Below, one piece after another: positions 9,207 to 19,127 of a stretch of 64,000 nucleotides of DNA. This DNA is from Candidatus Kerfeldbacteria bacterium (GTDB lineage Bacteria; Patescibacteriota; Patescibacteriia; SBBC01; CAIJZX01): NCBI GenBank assembly GCA_016193315.1, contig JACPSJ010000001.1, positions 535,478 to 599,477 on the forward strand, in the 5' to 3' direction. Below the pieces are notes generated by a model. That model worked only from the letters and a program-made list of their open reading frames with translations, had not been told where the DNA came from and did not search any database. Made by a program: the position numbers and the translations under genes. Position 1 is the first letter of the stretch, and each line of letters starts with the position of its first letter.

Positions 9207-10706
9207 TCACCGAATGTGCACCAGGGGGTGAGTTCCGAGGGCAATTCGGGCCAGCGTAATTCGTTCTCGACTATAGCTATAGAGCGTATAGAGTTTGTCG
9301 CCGCGGCGAACACGCTGCCCAAGTTTACGGTGTAAGTAAATGCCGGCCAGCTTACGCTCGGGGGCGCCCAGAGTTCGTGCCACCTCGTCCATCGAACGAT
9401 TGTTGACTCCAGTGATCACCCCCGATCTCGTCGCCCATACTCGCCAGGTCTGAGCCCCGAGAGCCACATCATTCGCGTCAATATCGGGGCTACCTCCTTG
9501 GGCTCGAATAATGGACTGCATTGATCGCCAGGCCTGCCCCGAACGCAGGATCTGATCGCATCGTTGCCGGGCCTGACGATAGGAAGCTAAGCCCGTCAAA
9601 GCGACTAGTTCGGCCGACAAGTCAATCGCCTTGAGTTCCAAGTCTTTCGGTCGAATAGTTTTCTGTTGTAACACCCGTAACACATCCCGCGCCTCGAGGG
9701 CCGGTCCAATCCCATGACCAACCGGCTGTCGAGCGATGTCAAACCGGACCTTGACTCGCATTCGAAAGGCGCGGCCGACGGCTAAGAATTTTCGCTTGAT
9801 CATCTCCGCCATCCGCCGATCGGGGATCTTAGTCTCCGGTCCATACGGCAGGTCGATAACTAAGTACCGAATGCCCATCGCTACCTTCTTGGCCATAATG
9901 CTGACAATCATCTTGTCGTAGGGCTCGAGAGACATGGGGCGGGAGACGCGGATGATGATGTCATCAACCGGAGCGATGCTCAATCCCCCACCCCAGATCA
10001 GGCAGCCGTTGGTGGCGGTGACAATTCGCCGTACCGCCTGGCCGGAAAAACTGACTGGCGCCAAAACCTCCATCGTATCAGCCGTCCCGGCCGGGGAGGT
10101 GATCGCGCGGGATGAAGTCTTGGGGATAGTTAATCCCCAGGCGGCGATGATCGGCACGGTCACCAGGGTGGTCCGGTTACCCGCCAAACCACCAACTGAG
10201 TGTTTGTCGACCACCCACCGACCGGGCCAGGAAAACGTTTCGCCTGACTCGGCCATGGCTTCGACCATCCAAATGAGTTCGCGGAGCGAATACGGCCGAA
10301 CGTAGCCGGAAGCCACAAAGTATGTCGTTTCGACGGAACCGATATTGTGGCTAGCAATATCGTTCATAATCGAGCGGATTTCCGTCCGTGAAATCGGTTG
10401 GCCCAACAGTTTCTTCTTGATCGCGGCCACTGACGTCGGGCGCGAGACCAGTTCAATAGTCAGGGGCTGACCGTTGCGGGCGCGGAGCAGGTGCCAGACT
10501 TCATCAAATAACCCGATCTCGCCGTGACGAATCGACTGGTGGGTGATGTCCGCGACCACATTGAGGGACACCCGGCCGAATCTAATCCGTAGGCGATCAC
10601 CAGGATTGATGCCAAAAGCGGACGCGTCATGGCCACGTAGCACAACGATGCGGGTATCATTGCCTGTCCGAATATCCATCCGCCGGATTTTGAGGACAAA
10701 AGCCAT
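9207..10706 (-). CDS. AMP phosphorylase (archaeal-type thymidine phosphorylase family)
   Basis: 499 aa, the ~500-aa size typical of AMPpases; N-terminal extension MAFVLKIRRMDIRTG...; pyrimidine-nucleoside phosphorylase core (HSVGG, SPAGTADTMEVL, glycine-rich phosphate loop). Confidence 0.65.
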   Translation of the reverse strand: MAFVLKIRRMDIRTGNDTRIVVLRGHDASAFGINPGDRLRIRFGRVSLNVVADITHQSIRHGEIGLFDEVWHLLRARNGQPLTIELVSRPTSVAAIKKKLLGQPISRTEIRSIMNDIASHNIGSVETTYFVASGYVRPYSLRELIWMVEAMAESGETFSWPGRWVVDKHSVGGLAGNRTTLVTVPIIAAWGLTIPKTSSRAITSPAGTADTMEVLAPVSFSGQAVRRIVTATNGCLIWGGGLSIAPVDDIIIRVSRPMSLEPYDKMIVSIMAKKVAMGIRYLVIDLPYGPETKIPDRRMAEMIKRKFLAVGRAFRMRVKVRFDIARQPVGHGIGPALEARDVLRVLQQKTIRPKDLELKAIDLSAELVALTGLASYRQARQRCDQILRSGQAWRSMQSIIRAQGGSPDIDANDVALGAQTWRVWATRSGVITGVNNRSMDEVARTLGAPERKLAGIYLHRKLGQRVRRGDKLYTLYSYSRERITLARIALGTHPLVHIR

Positions 10707-10711
10707 GCCCC

Positions 10712-11692
10712 TTAGAGCCGACTGACGGAGGCCGGATGACGAAGATGAAGACGGCGGAGTAATCCGGCTTTGGCACCGATGTGTTGGATGACTGACTCGG
10801 CATTGGCGTTGGCGAATTGGAGCGCGCGCGGGATATGACCACCAGAGCGAATGAACATGGCCGTAAAACCACAGCCAAAGGCATCCCCCGCGCCAGTGGC
10901 GTCGACCACTTTGATCGGGTGAGTACCGCCGCGCCAGCCGTGGTGCGCATCGCCGGCCAGCGAACCCTCGGTACCAGAGGTGATGACGACCACACCGCCG
11001 GCGTCTAATCGCAGTCTTTCGAAAGCCACTCGTTCTTGGAGTGGGTGAAGGCCAAACAGGGCCGTGGCTTCTTCATGGTTCAGGTGCAGGATATCAGTGC
11101 GCTGAAAGAATGGTCGCAGGCGGCGGTAGCCAAAACGCAGCTCGCTCGAGCCCGGATTCCACACCACGCGGATGCCTCGCCGGCGAGCGGCCGACCATAT
11201 CGCGCGGTGGAGCCCAAAATGCCCCCCTAGCGATGTGACATACAACCACTGGGCGTTCCAGCCGGCCCAGCGAATGTCGGCCGGCCGGAGATGCTCTGAG
11301 GCGCCGCGGTAAATCAGGACCGTCCGCTCACCACGTGGCGTTAGCAAAATAGCCGAGTAGGCGGTCATGCGGCGACGATCAAGAACCACTCTGGCTACAT
11401 CTACTCCGGCTTGCCGCAAGTCACGAAGCACCGCCTGACCGCGACTGTCACCAGCACCAATCCGCCCGATGAAACGGGTACGAAAACCTAGTCGGGAAAA
11501 ACCGACGGCCGTGTTTGTCGCCCCGCCACCGGTATCAAACACTATCTTGTCAACTTCGATTTTTGACCCTAAAGCGAAGCACTCGGCCTCGCCAGTACTA
11601 AAGTGGTCGTCGCGGACGATGCGCATGGCTCCGCTCCGGAGGAAGACGTCGCGCGTGGCCGAACCGATGGTGACGACATCGAAGCTGTTCAT
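10712..11692 (-). CDS. PfkB-family carbohydrate/nucleoside kinase
   Basis: 326 aa; N-terminal GxG sugar-binding region and the C-terminal DATGAGDAF anion-hole motif of the ribokinase/PfkB family. Confidence 0.7.
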   Translation of the reverse strand: MNSFDVVTIGSATRDVFLRSGAMRIVRDDHFSTGEAECFALGSKIEVDKIVFDTGGGATNTAVGFSRLGFRTRFIGRIGAGDSRGQAVLRDLRQAGVDVARVVLDRRRMTAYSAILLTPRGERTVLIYRGASEHLRPADIRWAGWNAQWLYVTSLGGHFGLHRAIWSAARRRGIRVVWNPGSSELRFGYRRLRPFFQRTDILHLNHEEATALFGLHPLQERVAFERLRLDAGGVVVITSGTEGSLAGDAHHGWRGGTHPIKVVDATGAGDAFGCGFTAMFIRSGGHIPRALQFANANAESVIQHIGAKAGLLRRLHLRHPASVSRL

Positions 11693-12534
11693 TTCGCCTG
11701 TCGATGACTTCCAAACATAACTATTTTTTGTTTCACCACCCCCATCATCGCCTGTCGGCCCGGACCGAGATAGTCACGGGGATCATACGGGTGGTCCTGG
11801 CGAAGGGCGTGACGAACGGAACGGCTAAAAGCGACGCGGAGTTCGGTATCGATGTTAATTTTGCAAATTCCTAGTCTGATCGCCCGCCGGATGACCGCGG
11901 CAGGCATACCGGAAGCACCGTGGAGGACCAACGGCACGGTGACGCGTTGGCGAATGGCCCCGAGACGTCGAAAATCGAGGTGTTCAAAGCGGCTGGAGAG
12001 AACATGCAGATTGCCGATGGCCACGGCCAAGGCGACGACGCCAGTCTGACGAACAAAGTCCTGCGCTTGTTGTGGATTGGTCAAAACGAGATCTGGCGAG
12101 CGCTGGAATTCGTCTGGATATTTAACTTGCCCCAGTTCGCCTTCGACCCCTACGCCATACCGACGAGCCAGCCGCACGACCTGCTGGGTCCGGGCAATAT
12201 TTTGACCGTACCTGCCTCGACTGGCGTCAAACATCAAACCAGTGTAACCGACACGTAAACACCGCTCTGCTAAGCGGCGGTGACGTCCATGATCAAGATC
12301 GAGCACCACCGGCACCGGGTACTTCTTTGCCATCGTCTTAACGACGACGGCCAATTCCTCCAAACCAGCATAGGCAATAGCTTTTTCCGAAGTATTGACA
12401 ATCACCGGCGCCCGGAGCGCGGCCGCCGCCTGAATCACCGCCTGCACCTGCTCGAGGTCGGAGACATTAAAGGCCCCCACCGCATAACCACGTTTCTGGG
12501 CCCGCCGCAGGACCGACTGAAGTGTCACCAGCAT
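11689..12534 (-). CDS. fba: Class II fructose/tagatose-bisphosphate aldolase
   Basis: 281 aa; GAFNV, DLDHG, LHGASG and KINIDTE signatures of class II (metal-dependent) FBA. Confidence 0.8.
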   Translation of the reverse strand: MLVTLQSVLRRAQKRGYAVGAFNVSDLEQVQAVIQAAAALRAPVIVNTSEKAIAYAGLEELAVVVKTMAKKYPVPVVLDLDHGRHRRLAERCLRVGYTGLMFDASRGRYGQNIARTQQVVRLARRYGVGVEGELGQVKYPDEFQRSPDLVLTNPQQAQDFVRQTGVVALAVAIGNLHVLSSRFEHLDFRRLGAIRQRVTVPLVLHGASGMPAAVIRRAIRLGICKINIDTELRVAFSRSVRHALRQDHPYDPRDYLGPGRQAMMGVVKQKIVMFGSHRQAK

Positions 12535-12552
12535 GACTCTATTGTACCATAC

Positions 12553-13200
12553 TCATCGGCGTACGCCGCTGGCCGCTCGTTGGGCATCCCGGTAGGCCTG
12601 GTGTGGGTCCGCAGCAGCCAAGAGATGGGAGCCGATGATCAGACGTCGAGCCCCGGCGGCCACCACCCGGGGGATTGTGAGTGGGTTCAATCCCCCATCG
12701 CAGGCGACTGTGGTCTGCGGGTACCGACGCCGGAGCTGACGAAGTCGAGGCAAAACGTGGGGTTGGAAGGGGTTGTGTTGTCGGCCAGGTTCAATCGCCA
12801 TCACCACCACGCTCTCGATCTGCCGAATCCACGGTTGCAGTCGAACCAGCGACGTGGTCATTTTGAGGGCCAAACTGACGGCGATCCGCCGGGACCGAAA
12901 CAGAGCCACCAGTGGCGGGAGTCGAGTGCCTAGTTCGAGGTGGAGGATAACCCGCTTGGTGGGCCAACTAGCGATTACTCCTAGCCAAGCCTCCGGGTGA
13001 TAGGTCATGAAATGCCACTCCACCGATCGGGGCGGGGTAAGCCGTCGCAGCTGAGGTTCGGACAGCGATCGAGAGTGGACGAACCGTCCGTCCATCAAGT
13101 CGATGTGCACCAGGCGGTGTAGTTGCTCCGCCACCGCCAACTGTCGGCGAAAAGCGTTGGCTCGCGAGGCCAGGACGGCCGGAATAATCTCAGCGCCCAT
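12553..13200 (-). CDS. rpe: Ribulose-phosphate 3-epimerase
   Basis: HIDLMDGRFV, VMAIEPG and DGG motifs. The start is taken at the internal ATG at 13200 (MGAEIIPAVLA), giving ~216 aa; the track ORF extends upstream into rpiB. Confidence 0.75.
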   Translation of the reverse strand: MGAEIIPAVLASRANAFRRQLAVAEQLHRLVHIDLMDGRFVHSRSLSEPQLRRLTPPRSVEWHFMTYHPEAWLGVIASWPTKRVILHLELGTRLPPLVALFRSRRIAVSLALKMTTSLVRLQPWIRQIESVVVMAIEPGRQHNPFQPHVLPRLRQLRRRYPQTTVACDGGLNPLTIPRVVAAGARRLIIGSHLLAAADPHQAYRDAQRAASGVRR

Positions 13201-13636
13201 GCTCAATCCGTCGCACCTGTCGCAACCGCCGACGATATCGGCGAAGTGGCCGGAAGCGGGCTTGCAACCAGGCCCAGGCCATAGCCTGCAGCTGTCTACT
13301 CGTGTGGTAGTCGGCCGCCAACGACAGGACGTTGATATTATCGTCATGGCGCGCCCGAGCGGCCATGCGTGGGGTAAAAGCTTGAGCCGCCCGGACACCC
13401 ACGAACTTATTGGCCGTCATCGCCATGCCCACTCCAGACCGACACAGCAGGAGGCCACGACTAGTAGGGTGGCGTTGAATCAAACGGGCCAATCGAGCCG
13501 CCCAGAGGGGGTAATCATCATCTCGGTCAACATGGTTCGGACCGAGATCGCGGACGTCCACACCACGCCGTCGTAACCAGCCAACGAGTTTCTGTTTCTG
13601 GAACCAGCCGCCATGGTCCGAGGTTACAAAGACCAT
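13190..13636 (-). CDS. rpiB: Ribose-5-phosphate isomerase B (RpiB/LacAB family)
   Basis: 148 aa, the typical RpiB size; LLCRSGVGMAMTANK active-site region. Confidence 0.75.
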   Translation of the reverse strand: MVFVTSDHGGWFQKQKLVGWLRRRGVDVRDLGPNHVDRDDDYPLWAARLARLIQRHPTSRGLLLCRSGVGMAMTANKFVGVRAAQAFTPRMAARARHDDNINVLSLAADYHTSRQLQAMAWAWLQARFRPLRRYRRRLRQVRRIEHGR

Positions 13637-13667
13637 CGCTCTGTATTCCTGCCACGTATCGCCTGGG

Positions 13668-14129
13668 TCACGGTTGGACTACCACTGTTCCTTGGAAACG
13701 ACTATCGGTCGGCCGCAGGTGGTCGTGAAAACCCCAACTCCCGGCTTGACGAAAGGTGAATGAGTAGTCTCCGCCGGCCGCGACCAGTTGATCAAAACCG
13801 GGTAGATCCGTATGCGTTGGGTGTGGGTCGGAAGAGATCTGGTGCGTCGAGGAATCTTGATTGCGGAAGGTGACCCTGGCCCCAGCCTTGACGGTAACCG
13901 TAGTCGGACTGAGTCCGGCCGCGGTAATGGTGACGGTGGCAGTCAGGCTGGTCGAATTCGTCGACTGTTCGCCAGTCGTGAACGAACGCGCCGGTTCACT
14001 ATTCGTATTGGTGACATTGCCAGTATTCGTCGTCCCGGGGGCCACCGCTGGCTGACCTCTCATCACCAACCAGGTCACTACTCCGGCGATGATGATGGCG
14101 ATGACAATCCATAGTCCTTTCGTACTCAT
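13668..14129 (-). CDS. Membrane-anchored exported protein with Ser/Thr-rich linker and beta-sandwich (cupredoxin-like?) C-terminal domain
   Basis: N-terminal TM (LWIVIAIIIAGVVTWLV); Thr/Asn-rich linker; C-terminal VTVKAGARVTFRNQDSSTHQISSDP...GFHDHL resembles cupredoxin-like domains but has no Cys ligand. Confidence 0.4.
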   Translation of the reverse strand: MSTKGLWIVIAIIIAGVVTWLVMRGQPAVAPGTTNTGNVTNTNSEPARSFTTGEQSTNSTSLTATVTITAAGLSPTTVTVKAGARVTFRNQDSSTHQISSDPHPTHTDLPGFDQLVAAGGDYSFTFRQAGSWGFHDHLRPTDSRFQGTVVVQP

Positions 14130-14168
14130 AGGTGCTACTCCTTCAGCCTATTAGTTAATGTGTCTCGC

Positions 14169-14477
14169 TCACGAGCGCAGCATCGACAGCTGCTGTCGAG
14201 CGGCCGTGGACATCCGCTCCGGATGCCAGGGTGGATCGAAGGTAAGCATAATGTCGACGTGCTCAATGCCGCTCGCCCGCTGCACGGCCGCCATGAGTTG
14301 ATGGCGAAAATACGGTACCAACGGACAGCCCGGCGTCGTCAGTGTCATGATGACGATGATCTTCTGCGGCGTGATCTCCAGGCCATAGATCAGGCCGAGA
14401 CTGACCACGTCGATACCGAGTTCTGGATCGCGACATGTCTTGAGCGCCTGGTAGATTTTTTGTTCGAGGCCGGTCAT
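14169..14477 (-). CDS. DUF59/MIP18-family Fe-S cluster assembly protein (SufT/PaaD-like)
   Basis: 102 aa; the DPELGIDVVSLGLIYG...TTPGCP motif of the metal-sulfur cluster biosynthesis family. Confidence 0.7.
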   Translation of the reverse strand: MTGLEQKIYQALKTCRDPELGIDVVSLGLIYGLEITPQKIIVIMTLTTPGCPLVPYFRHQLMAAVQRASGIEHVDIMLTFDPPWHPERMSTAARQQLSMLRS

Positions 14478-14492
14478 GGTTTACGGTCTACT

Positions 14493-15416
14493 CTATTCGC
14501 GGCCGGCGCTCAGGTAACGCTCGGCTTCAATCGCCGCCATACACCCCCAGCCAGCCGCCGTGACTGCCTGGCGGTAACGGAAATCTGCCACATCACCGGC
14601 GATGAAAACCCCTGGCTGGGAGGAAAAAACTTGATTTGTGATAGTCAGATACCCACGGTCATCGAGCTGGAGCTGCCCACGGAATAGTGAAGTATTGGGC
14701 TGATGGCCGATGGCCAGGAACATGCCGTGGGCCGCCATATCAGTCGTGGCCCCGGTGAGTGTATCTTTCACCCGGACTCCGGTTACCAACTCCTGACCGA
14801 GTACATCAACCACCTCGGTATTGAAGCGCCAAGAAATCTTGGTGTTGGCTTCCGCGCGATGGGCCATAATCTTGCTGGCTCGGAGTTTGTCGGCCCGAAC
14901 CAGGACCGTCACCTGGTTAGCAAACTTGGTCAGGAACAAGGCCTCCTCCATGGCCGAGTCGCCCCCACCGATCACCACCACGTCCTGACCGCGGAAGAAG
15001 AACCCGTCACACGTGGCGCAGGCGGAAACACCTTTCCCACGGAGTCGCTGTTCGTTGGGGAAGTTGAGCCATTTAGCCGAGGCCCCGGTGGCAACCACCA
15101 GGCACTCGGCCTGATACTCCTCGTGGTCGGTCCAAACCCGCCAGGGATGGTGGTGAACGTCGACCCGCGTGGCCGACTGCGGGACAACCGAGGCACCAAA
15201 TCTTTCCGCTTGCTCCTTCATCGCGGTCATCAAGTCAGGACCGAGGATACCGCGCGGGAAACCAGGGTAATTCTCGACCTCGGTCGTCCACATCAACTGT
15301 CCGCCCGGTTCCGGGCCAGACAGAACAATCGGGGCCAAATCAGCCCGGGCGGCGTAGATGGCCGCAGTGTAACCGGCAGGGCCAGAGCCGAGGATAAGCA
15401 AGCGAGTCGTAACCAT
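14493..15416 (-). CDS. trxB: Thioredoxin-disulfide reductase
   Basis: 307 aa; FAD GxGxxG (GSGPAGYTAAIYAARA), the redox CATCDG motif and NADPH GGGDSA motifs. Confidence 0.85.
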   Translation of the reverse strand: MVTTRLLILGSGPAGYTAAIYAARADLAPIVLSGPEPGGQLMWTTEVENYPGFPRGILGPDLMTAMKEQAERFGASVVPQSATRVDVHHHPWRVWTDHEEYQAECLVVATGASAKWLNFPNEQRLRGKGVSACATCDGFFFRGQDVVVIGGGDSAMEEALFLTKFANQVTVLVRADKLRASKIMAHRAEANTKISWRFNTEVVDVLGQELVTGVRVKDTLTGATTDMAAHGMFLAIGHQPNTSLFRGQLQLDDRGYLTITNQVFSSQPGVFIAGDVADFRYRQAVTAAGWGCMAAIEAERYLSAGRE

Positions 15417-15609
15417 GATCCAGGCGCGTGGATGGGGGCAGACGCTCGAAACAATACCATACCTCGACTTGACTGACCACCGTCGACACCGCCGGCGACA
15501 ATTAGTCCGACAGCGGGGAAGAGAGTCTACATTGGCCCAATCTTAGCCACTTTCTTTGATTCACGTCTTTCTCATCTGCCCTGCCGTCATAGACCGCGGG
15601 CAATACTAG

Positions 15610-15638
15610 TAGCCCAAAAATGTTGGTTTTGCTATACT
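15610..15638 (+). promoter_or_regulatory. Candidate sigma70 promoter for hup (extended -10 TGcTATACT)
   Basis: TATACT at 15633-15638 preceded by TG at 15630-15631, about 50 nt upstream of the hup start, in the divergent trxB/hup intergenic region. Confidence 0.4.
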
Positions 15639-15688
15639 GTCGGGGCGTTTATTATTAAAGATCAGCAGTGCGTATGGCGGAGAAACCA

Positions 15689-15967
<279 letters not shown>

Positions 15968-15983
15968 GTATTTGCTGGCGGAT

Positions 15984-16012
15984 CACCCCCGAGTGCATCG
16001 GGGGTGTTTTGT
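15984..16012 (+). terminator. Rho-independent terminator of hup
   Basis: CACCCCCGA-gtgc-ATCGGGGGTG hairpin followed by TTTTGT. Confidence 0.7.
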
Positions 16013-16026
16013 ACTGTCCCGCCGCG

Positions 16027-17442
16027 TCAGGCGATGGTAGTTTCTGTACCCAGAGAGGGAACCGTAATCTGCCATTCAGGGTGATGATGCTGCCAAGTCG
16101 TTAGCAGTTCATTGGCCCGATCTAGCTCACCATGAACAAAGAACACTCGTCGGATGCCGGCGACATGCTCGGCGTAATCAAGTAGCCCCCGCGCGTCAGC
16201 ATGGGCACTGAGATCGTTGATGGCGAGGATCTGCGCCCGAACGGGAACCGCTTGGCCGAAAATCTCGATCGTCTGCGCTCCCTTGATAAGACGCCGACCG
16301 GGCGTATGTTCCGCCTGGAAACCAGTGAAGAGAATAATGGTAGTTGGATCGGGCAGGTGGTGCTTCAGGTGGTGCATGACCCGACCGCCGCTGGCCATCC
16401 CTGAGGCGCTGATAATCAGGCATGGACCGGGGCGCGCATTGAGCGCTTTCGATTCCGCCGCGGAATGGACATAGGTCAGGTTGCGAAAGGTCAGTGGATC
16501 CTCGCCGCGCCGACGGAAATCTTGTCCCGACTCCAGGTCGTAGTCGCGCTGGTGACGACGAAAGACGTCAGTAATGCGGCTGGCCAATGGGCTATCGACG
16601 AAAATAGGGAGGCGCGGGATGGCTCCGCGATCCGTTAACTGATGGAGTTCATAGACTAATTCCTGGGTCCGGCCAAGAGAAAAGGCCGGCACAATGATAT
16701 GCCCACTGGTTCTCACCGCCTGGGCCACGATGTCAACCAGAGCCCGCTCCGCTTCGACGAATGGACGATGAAGCCGGCCGCCATAGGTGCTCTCGATGAT
16801 CAGAGTTTCGGCCGGCTCCGCGACGTATTGTGGGTCACGGAGCAACGGGCGGTATGGCCGGCCAAGATCACCGGTGTAGACCATCCGCCGCCGCGAGCCC
16901 GCTTCACGGCCCTGAAGAACGACCACCGCCGAACCGAGAATATGCCCGGCGTCGTAGAGCTTAGCCTCAACCGTGGCCGTAATTGCCTGCCAGCGGGAGT
17001 TATCGTGGACGTATGGCAGGGTGGTGACGCGGTCCATCACCTCCGGAATATCATCCGGCGTATAGAGTGGCTCAACCAGATCTGCTTCTGCCAGGCGATG
17101 ATGACGAGCATAGATCGTATCCTGGACCTGCAGCTGCGCGGCATCGAGTAGTATCAGTTCGGTTAAGTCTCTCGTGGCGGCGGTCGCATAGATGGTGCCA
17201 CGGAAACCATTTTTGACGAGCACTGGCAGGAGCCCGACGTGGTCAAAATGTGCATGCGAAATCACCACCGCCTCAATCGACCGTGGGTCAAATGGCAGGT
17301 GAATATTCTTGGCCCGGCTTTCACGACGGCGGCCTTGGAAGGCGCCGCAGTCAAGGAGTACCTGGCTGCCGGCGAGCGTAATACGATGCTTCGATCCGGT
17401 GACTTCCCCGGCGGCGCCAAAGAAAGCTAGTCTCATTGCCAC
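16027..17442 (-). CDS. MBL-fold beta-CASP ribonuclease (RNase J / CPSF-like RNA-specificity domain)
   Basis: 471 aa; metallo-beta-lactamase HxHxDH (ISHAHFDHVG) and downstream beta-CASP motifs. Confidence 0.7.
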   Translation of the reverse strand: MAMRLAFFGAAGEVTGSKHRITLAGSQVLLDCGAFQGRRRESRAKNIHLPFDPRSIEAVVISHAHFDHVGLLPVLVKNGFRGTIYATAATRDLTELILLDAAQLQVQDTIYARHHRLAEADLVEPLYTPDDIPEVMDRVTTLPYVHDNSRWQAITATVEAKLYDAGHILGSAVVVLQGREAGSRRRMVYTGDLGRPYRPLLRDPQYVAEPAETLIIESTYGGRLHRPFVEAERALVDIVAQAVRTSGHIIVPAFSLGRTQELVYELHQLTDRGAIPRLPIFVDSPLASRITDVFRRHQRDYDLESGQDFRRRGEDPLTFRNLTYVHSAAESKALNARPGPCLIISASGMASGGRVMHHLKHHLPDPTTIILFTGFQAEHTPGRRLIKGAQTIEIFGQAVPVRAQILAINDLSAHADARGLLDYAEHVAGIRRVFFVHGELDRANELLTTWQHHHPEWQITVPSLGTETTIA

Positions 17443-19127
17443 TCGCGTCTCAGGCGCCGATACAGCGCTTGATCGCGCTGACGTAGGGCGCGGAGACGAC
17501 GGTCACGCCCGGCGGGTACCGAGAGCAGGTGGCCTAGCCACTGACCGGTCCCGAGGGTCGGAACGAATACATAATCAGCGCCCGCTCGGTAGAGTTGCTG
17601 CGCCTCATCAATCGTCTCGGCCCGCACCACCAGCCGCGGTCGTGCTCGGCTAGGCCGGGCGCGAACCACCGTATTCAGCCAGGTCAGATTGCTGTCGAGG
17701 TCAGGGCTAGTGGAAATTACCAGCGCCGCCGACCGCAGGCTAACGAAATCCTCCAGATCAGGATCAGCTAAGTCACCGTAGACGGCGGCGTAACCCTGTT
17801 GCCGCAGCCGCTTGACGATGGCCGGATCAAAATCGATAATCGCCACCTCCCGCCTTGACAGATGTGCCAGAATGTTTTGCCCGGTGCGATGAGCCCCAAT
17901 CAACACCACCGGGCGACTGAGTCGGCCGCCGTCGACGCGCTCTCGATGGGACCCCGCCGACTCGAACCACCCCAGTCGCTGTCGAACCCAACCATACAGC
18001 CGGTCGGCGTGCACCATGAAGTATGACGAGATGGCAATAGTCGACACACCAACGGCCGTGATGAGCGTCACTTCCGTGCTCGACAGATGGCCAAGCCTGA
18101 ATCCCACGGCGGCCAGTACAAAACTGAATTCGGAGACCTGGGCCAGGCTGAGGCCAGTTAAGAAACTCGTTCGCCGGTGAAAACCTAGGGTGCCCATCAC
18201 CACCATCACGATCACGGGGGTGCCGAAGAGCACAAATAGGGACATCAGCACTATCGGCCACAGCAACTCGCGCAGTGATGACACGGCCAATGACGACCCG
18301 AGCACCACAAAAAATAGCAGTAGAAAAAAATCGCGCAATGGTTTAACCCGCGAACTGATCTGCCAGTGTTCGGCCGAGTTGGCCAAGGCTAGGCCAGCTA
18401 AGAAACCGCCCATCTCCATCGACCAACCAAGTTTCCGGACCGTACTAGCGACCAGGAACACCCACGCCAAGCTGGCTACAAAGAGGAGCTCCGGCGAGCG
18501 GCCAATGCGATCGAGAATCCGGGGCATGATCGACCGGCCAAGCCACAACATCAGCCCAAACAGAATGAGCCCCACCAGCACTGGGTTGGCGATGCTCGCC
18601 AAGCTCAGCGGGTGTCCGGCCCGCCAACCAGCCAGCACCAACAGTATCACGATCGCGACCACATCCTGCAATAGCAAGATACTAATGGTTATCTTGCCGT
18701 AGAGCGACTGTAAATCCTGTTTTTCTGACAGCAACTTAACCACGATGACCGTGCTGGACAGGGTTAACGCCACCGCCAGGTAGGCGGCCGACAGCGGCCC
18801 GAAGCCCAGTAGCAGGGTCAGTAAAAACCCGAGGGCGAAGGTCAAGCCGATTTGCCCCAGGCCAATCACCGCCGCCACCGCGCCGACATGTCGTAAAGCG
18901 GACAGGTTGATCTCCAGACCAACCAGAAACAACAGGAACATGACCCCCAATTCAGCGAACGTGCGGTACAATTCATTGTCCGTAATCGGCGTAAAATAGA
19001 ACAGCCCGATCATCACACCCGTCGTCAGGTAGGCCAAAATGAGCGGCTGGCGGAGAATTCTCGCCAGCAACCCGATGCCAGCAGCCAGGGTGAATAGGAC
19101 GGCCAGTTCTTGAACCGTCATACTCAT
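17433..19127 (-). CDS. CPA2 monovalent cation:proton antiporter with C-terminal RCK/TrkA-N domain (KefB/C-like)
   Basis: 564 aa; about 12 TM N-terminal transporter domain and a C-terminal Rossmann domain (VVLIGAHRTGQNILAHL...IDFD). Confidence 0.75.
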   Translation of the reverse strand: MSMTVQELAVLFTLAAGIGLLARILRQPLILAYLTTGVMIGLFYFTPITDNELYRTFAELGVMFLLFLVGLEINLSALRHVGAVAAVIGLGQIGLTFALGFLLTLLLGFGPLSAAYLAVALTLSSTVIVVKLLSEKQDLQSLYGKITISILLLQDVVAIVILLVLAGWRAGHPLSLASIANPVLVGLILFGLMLWLGRSIMPRILDRIGRSPELLFVASLAWVFLVASTVRKLGWSMEMGGFLAGLALANSAEHWQISSRVKPLRDFFLLLFFVVLGSSLAVSSLRELLWPIVLMSLFVLFGTPVIVMVVMGTLGFHRRTSFLTGLSLAQVSEFSFVLAAVGFRLGHLSSTEVTLITAVGVSTIAISSYFMVHADRLYGWVRQRLGWFESAGSHRERVDGGRLSRPVVLIGAHRTGQNILAHLSRREVAIIDFDPAIVKRLRQQGYAAVYGDLADPDLEDFVSLRSAALVISTSPDLDSNLTWLNTVVRARPSRARPRLVVRAETIDEAQQLYRAGADYVFVPTLGTGQWLGHLLSVPAGRDRRLRALRQRDQALYRRLRREWQ

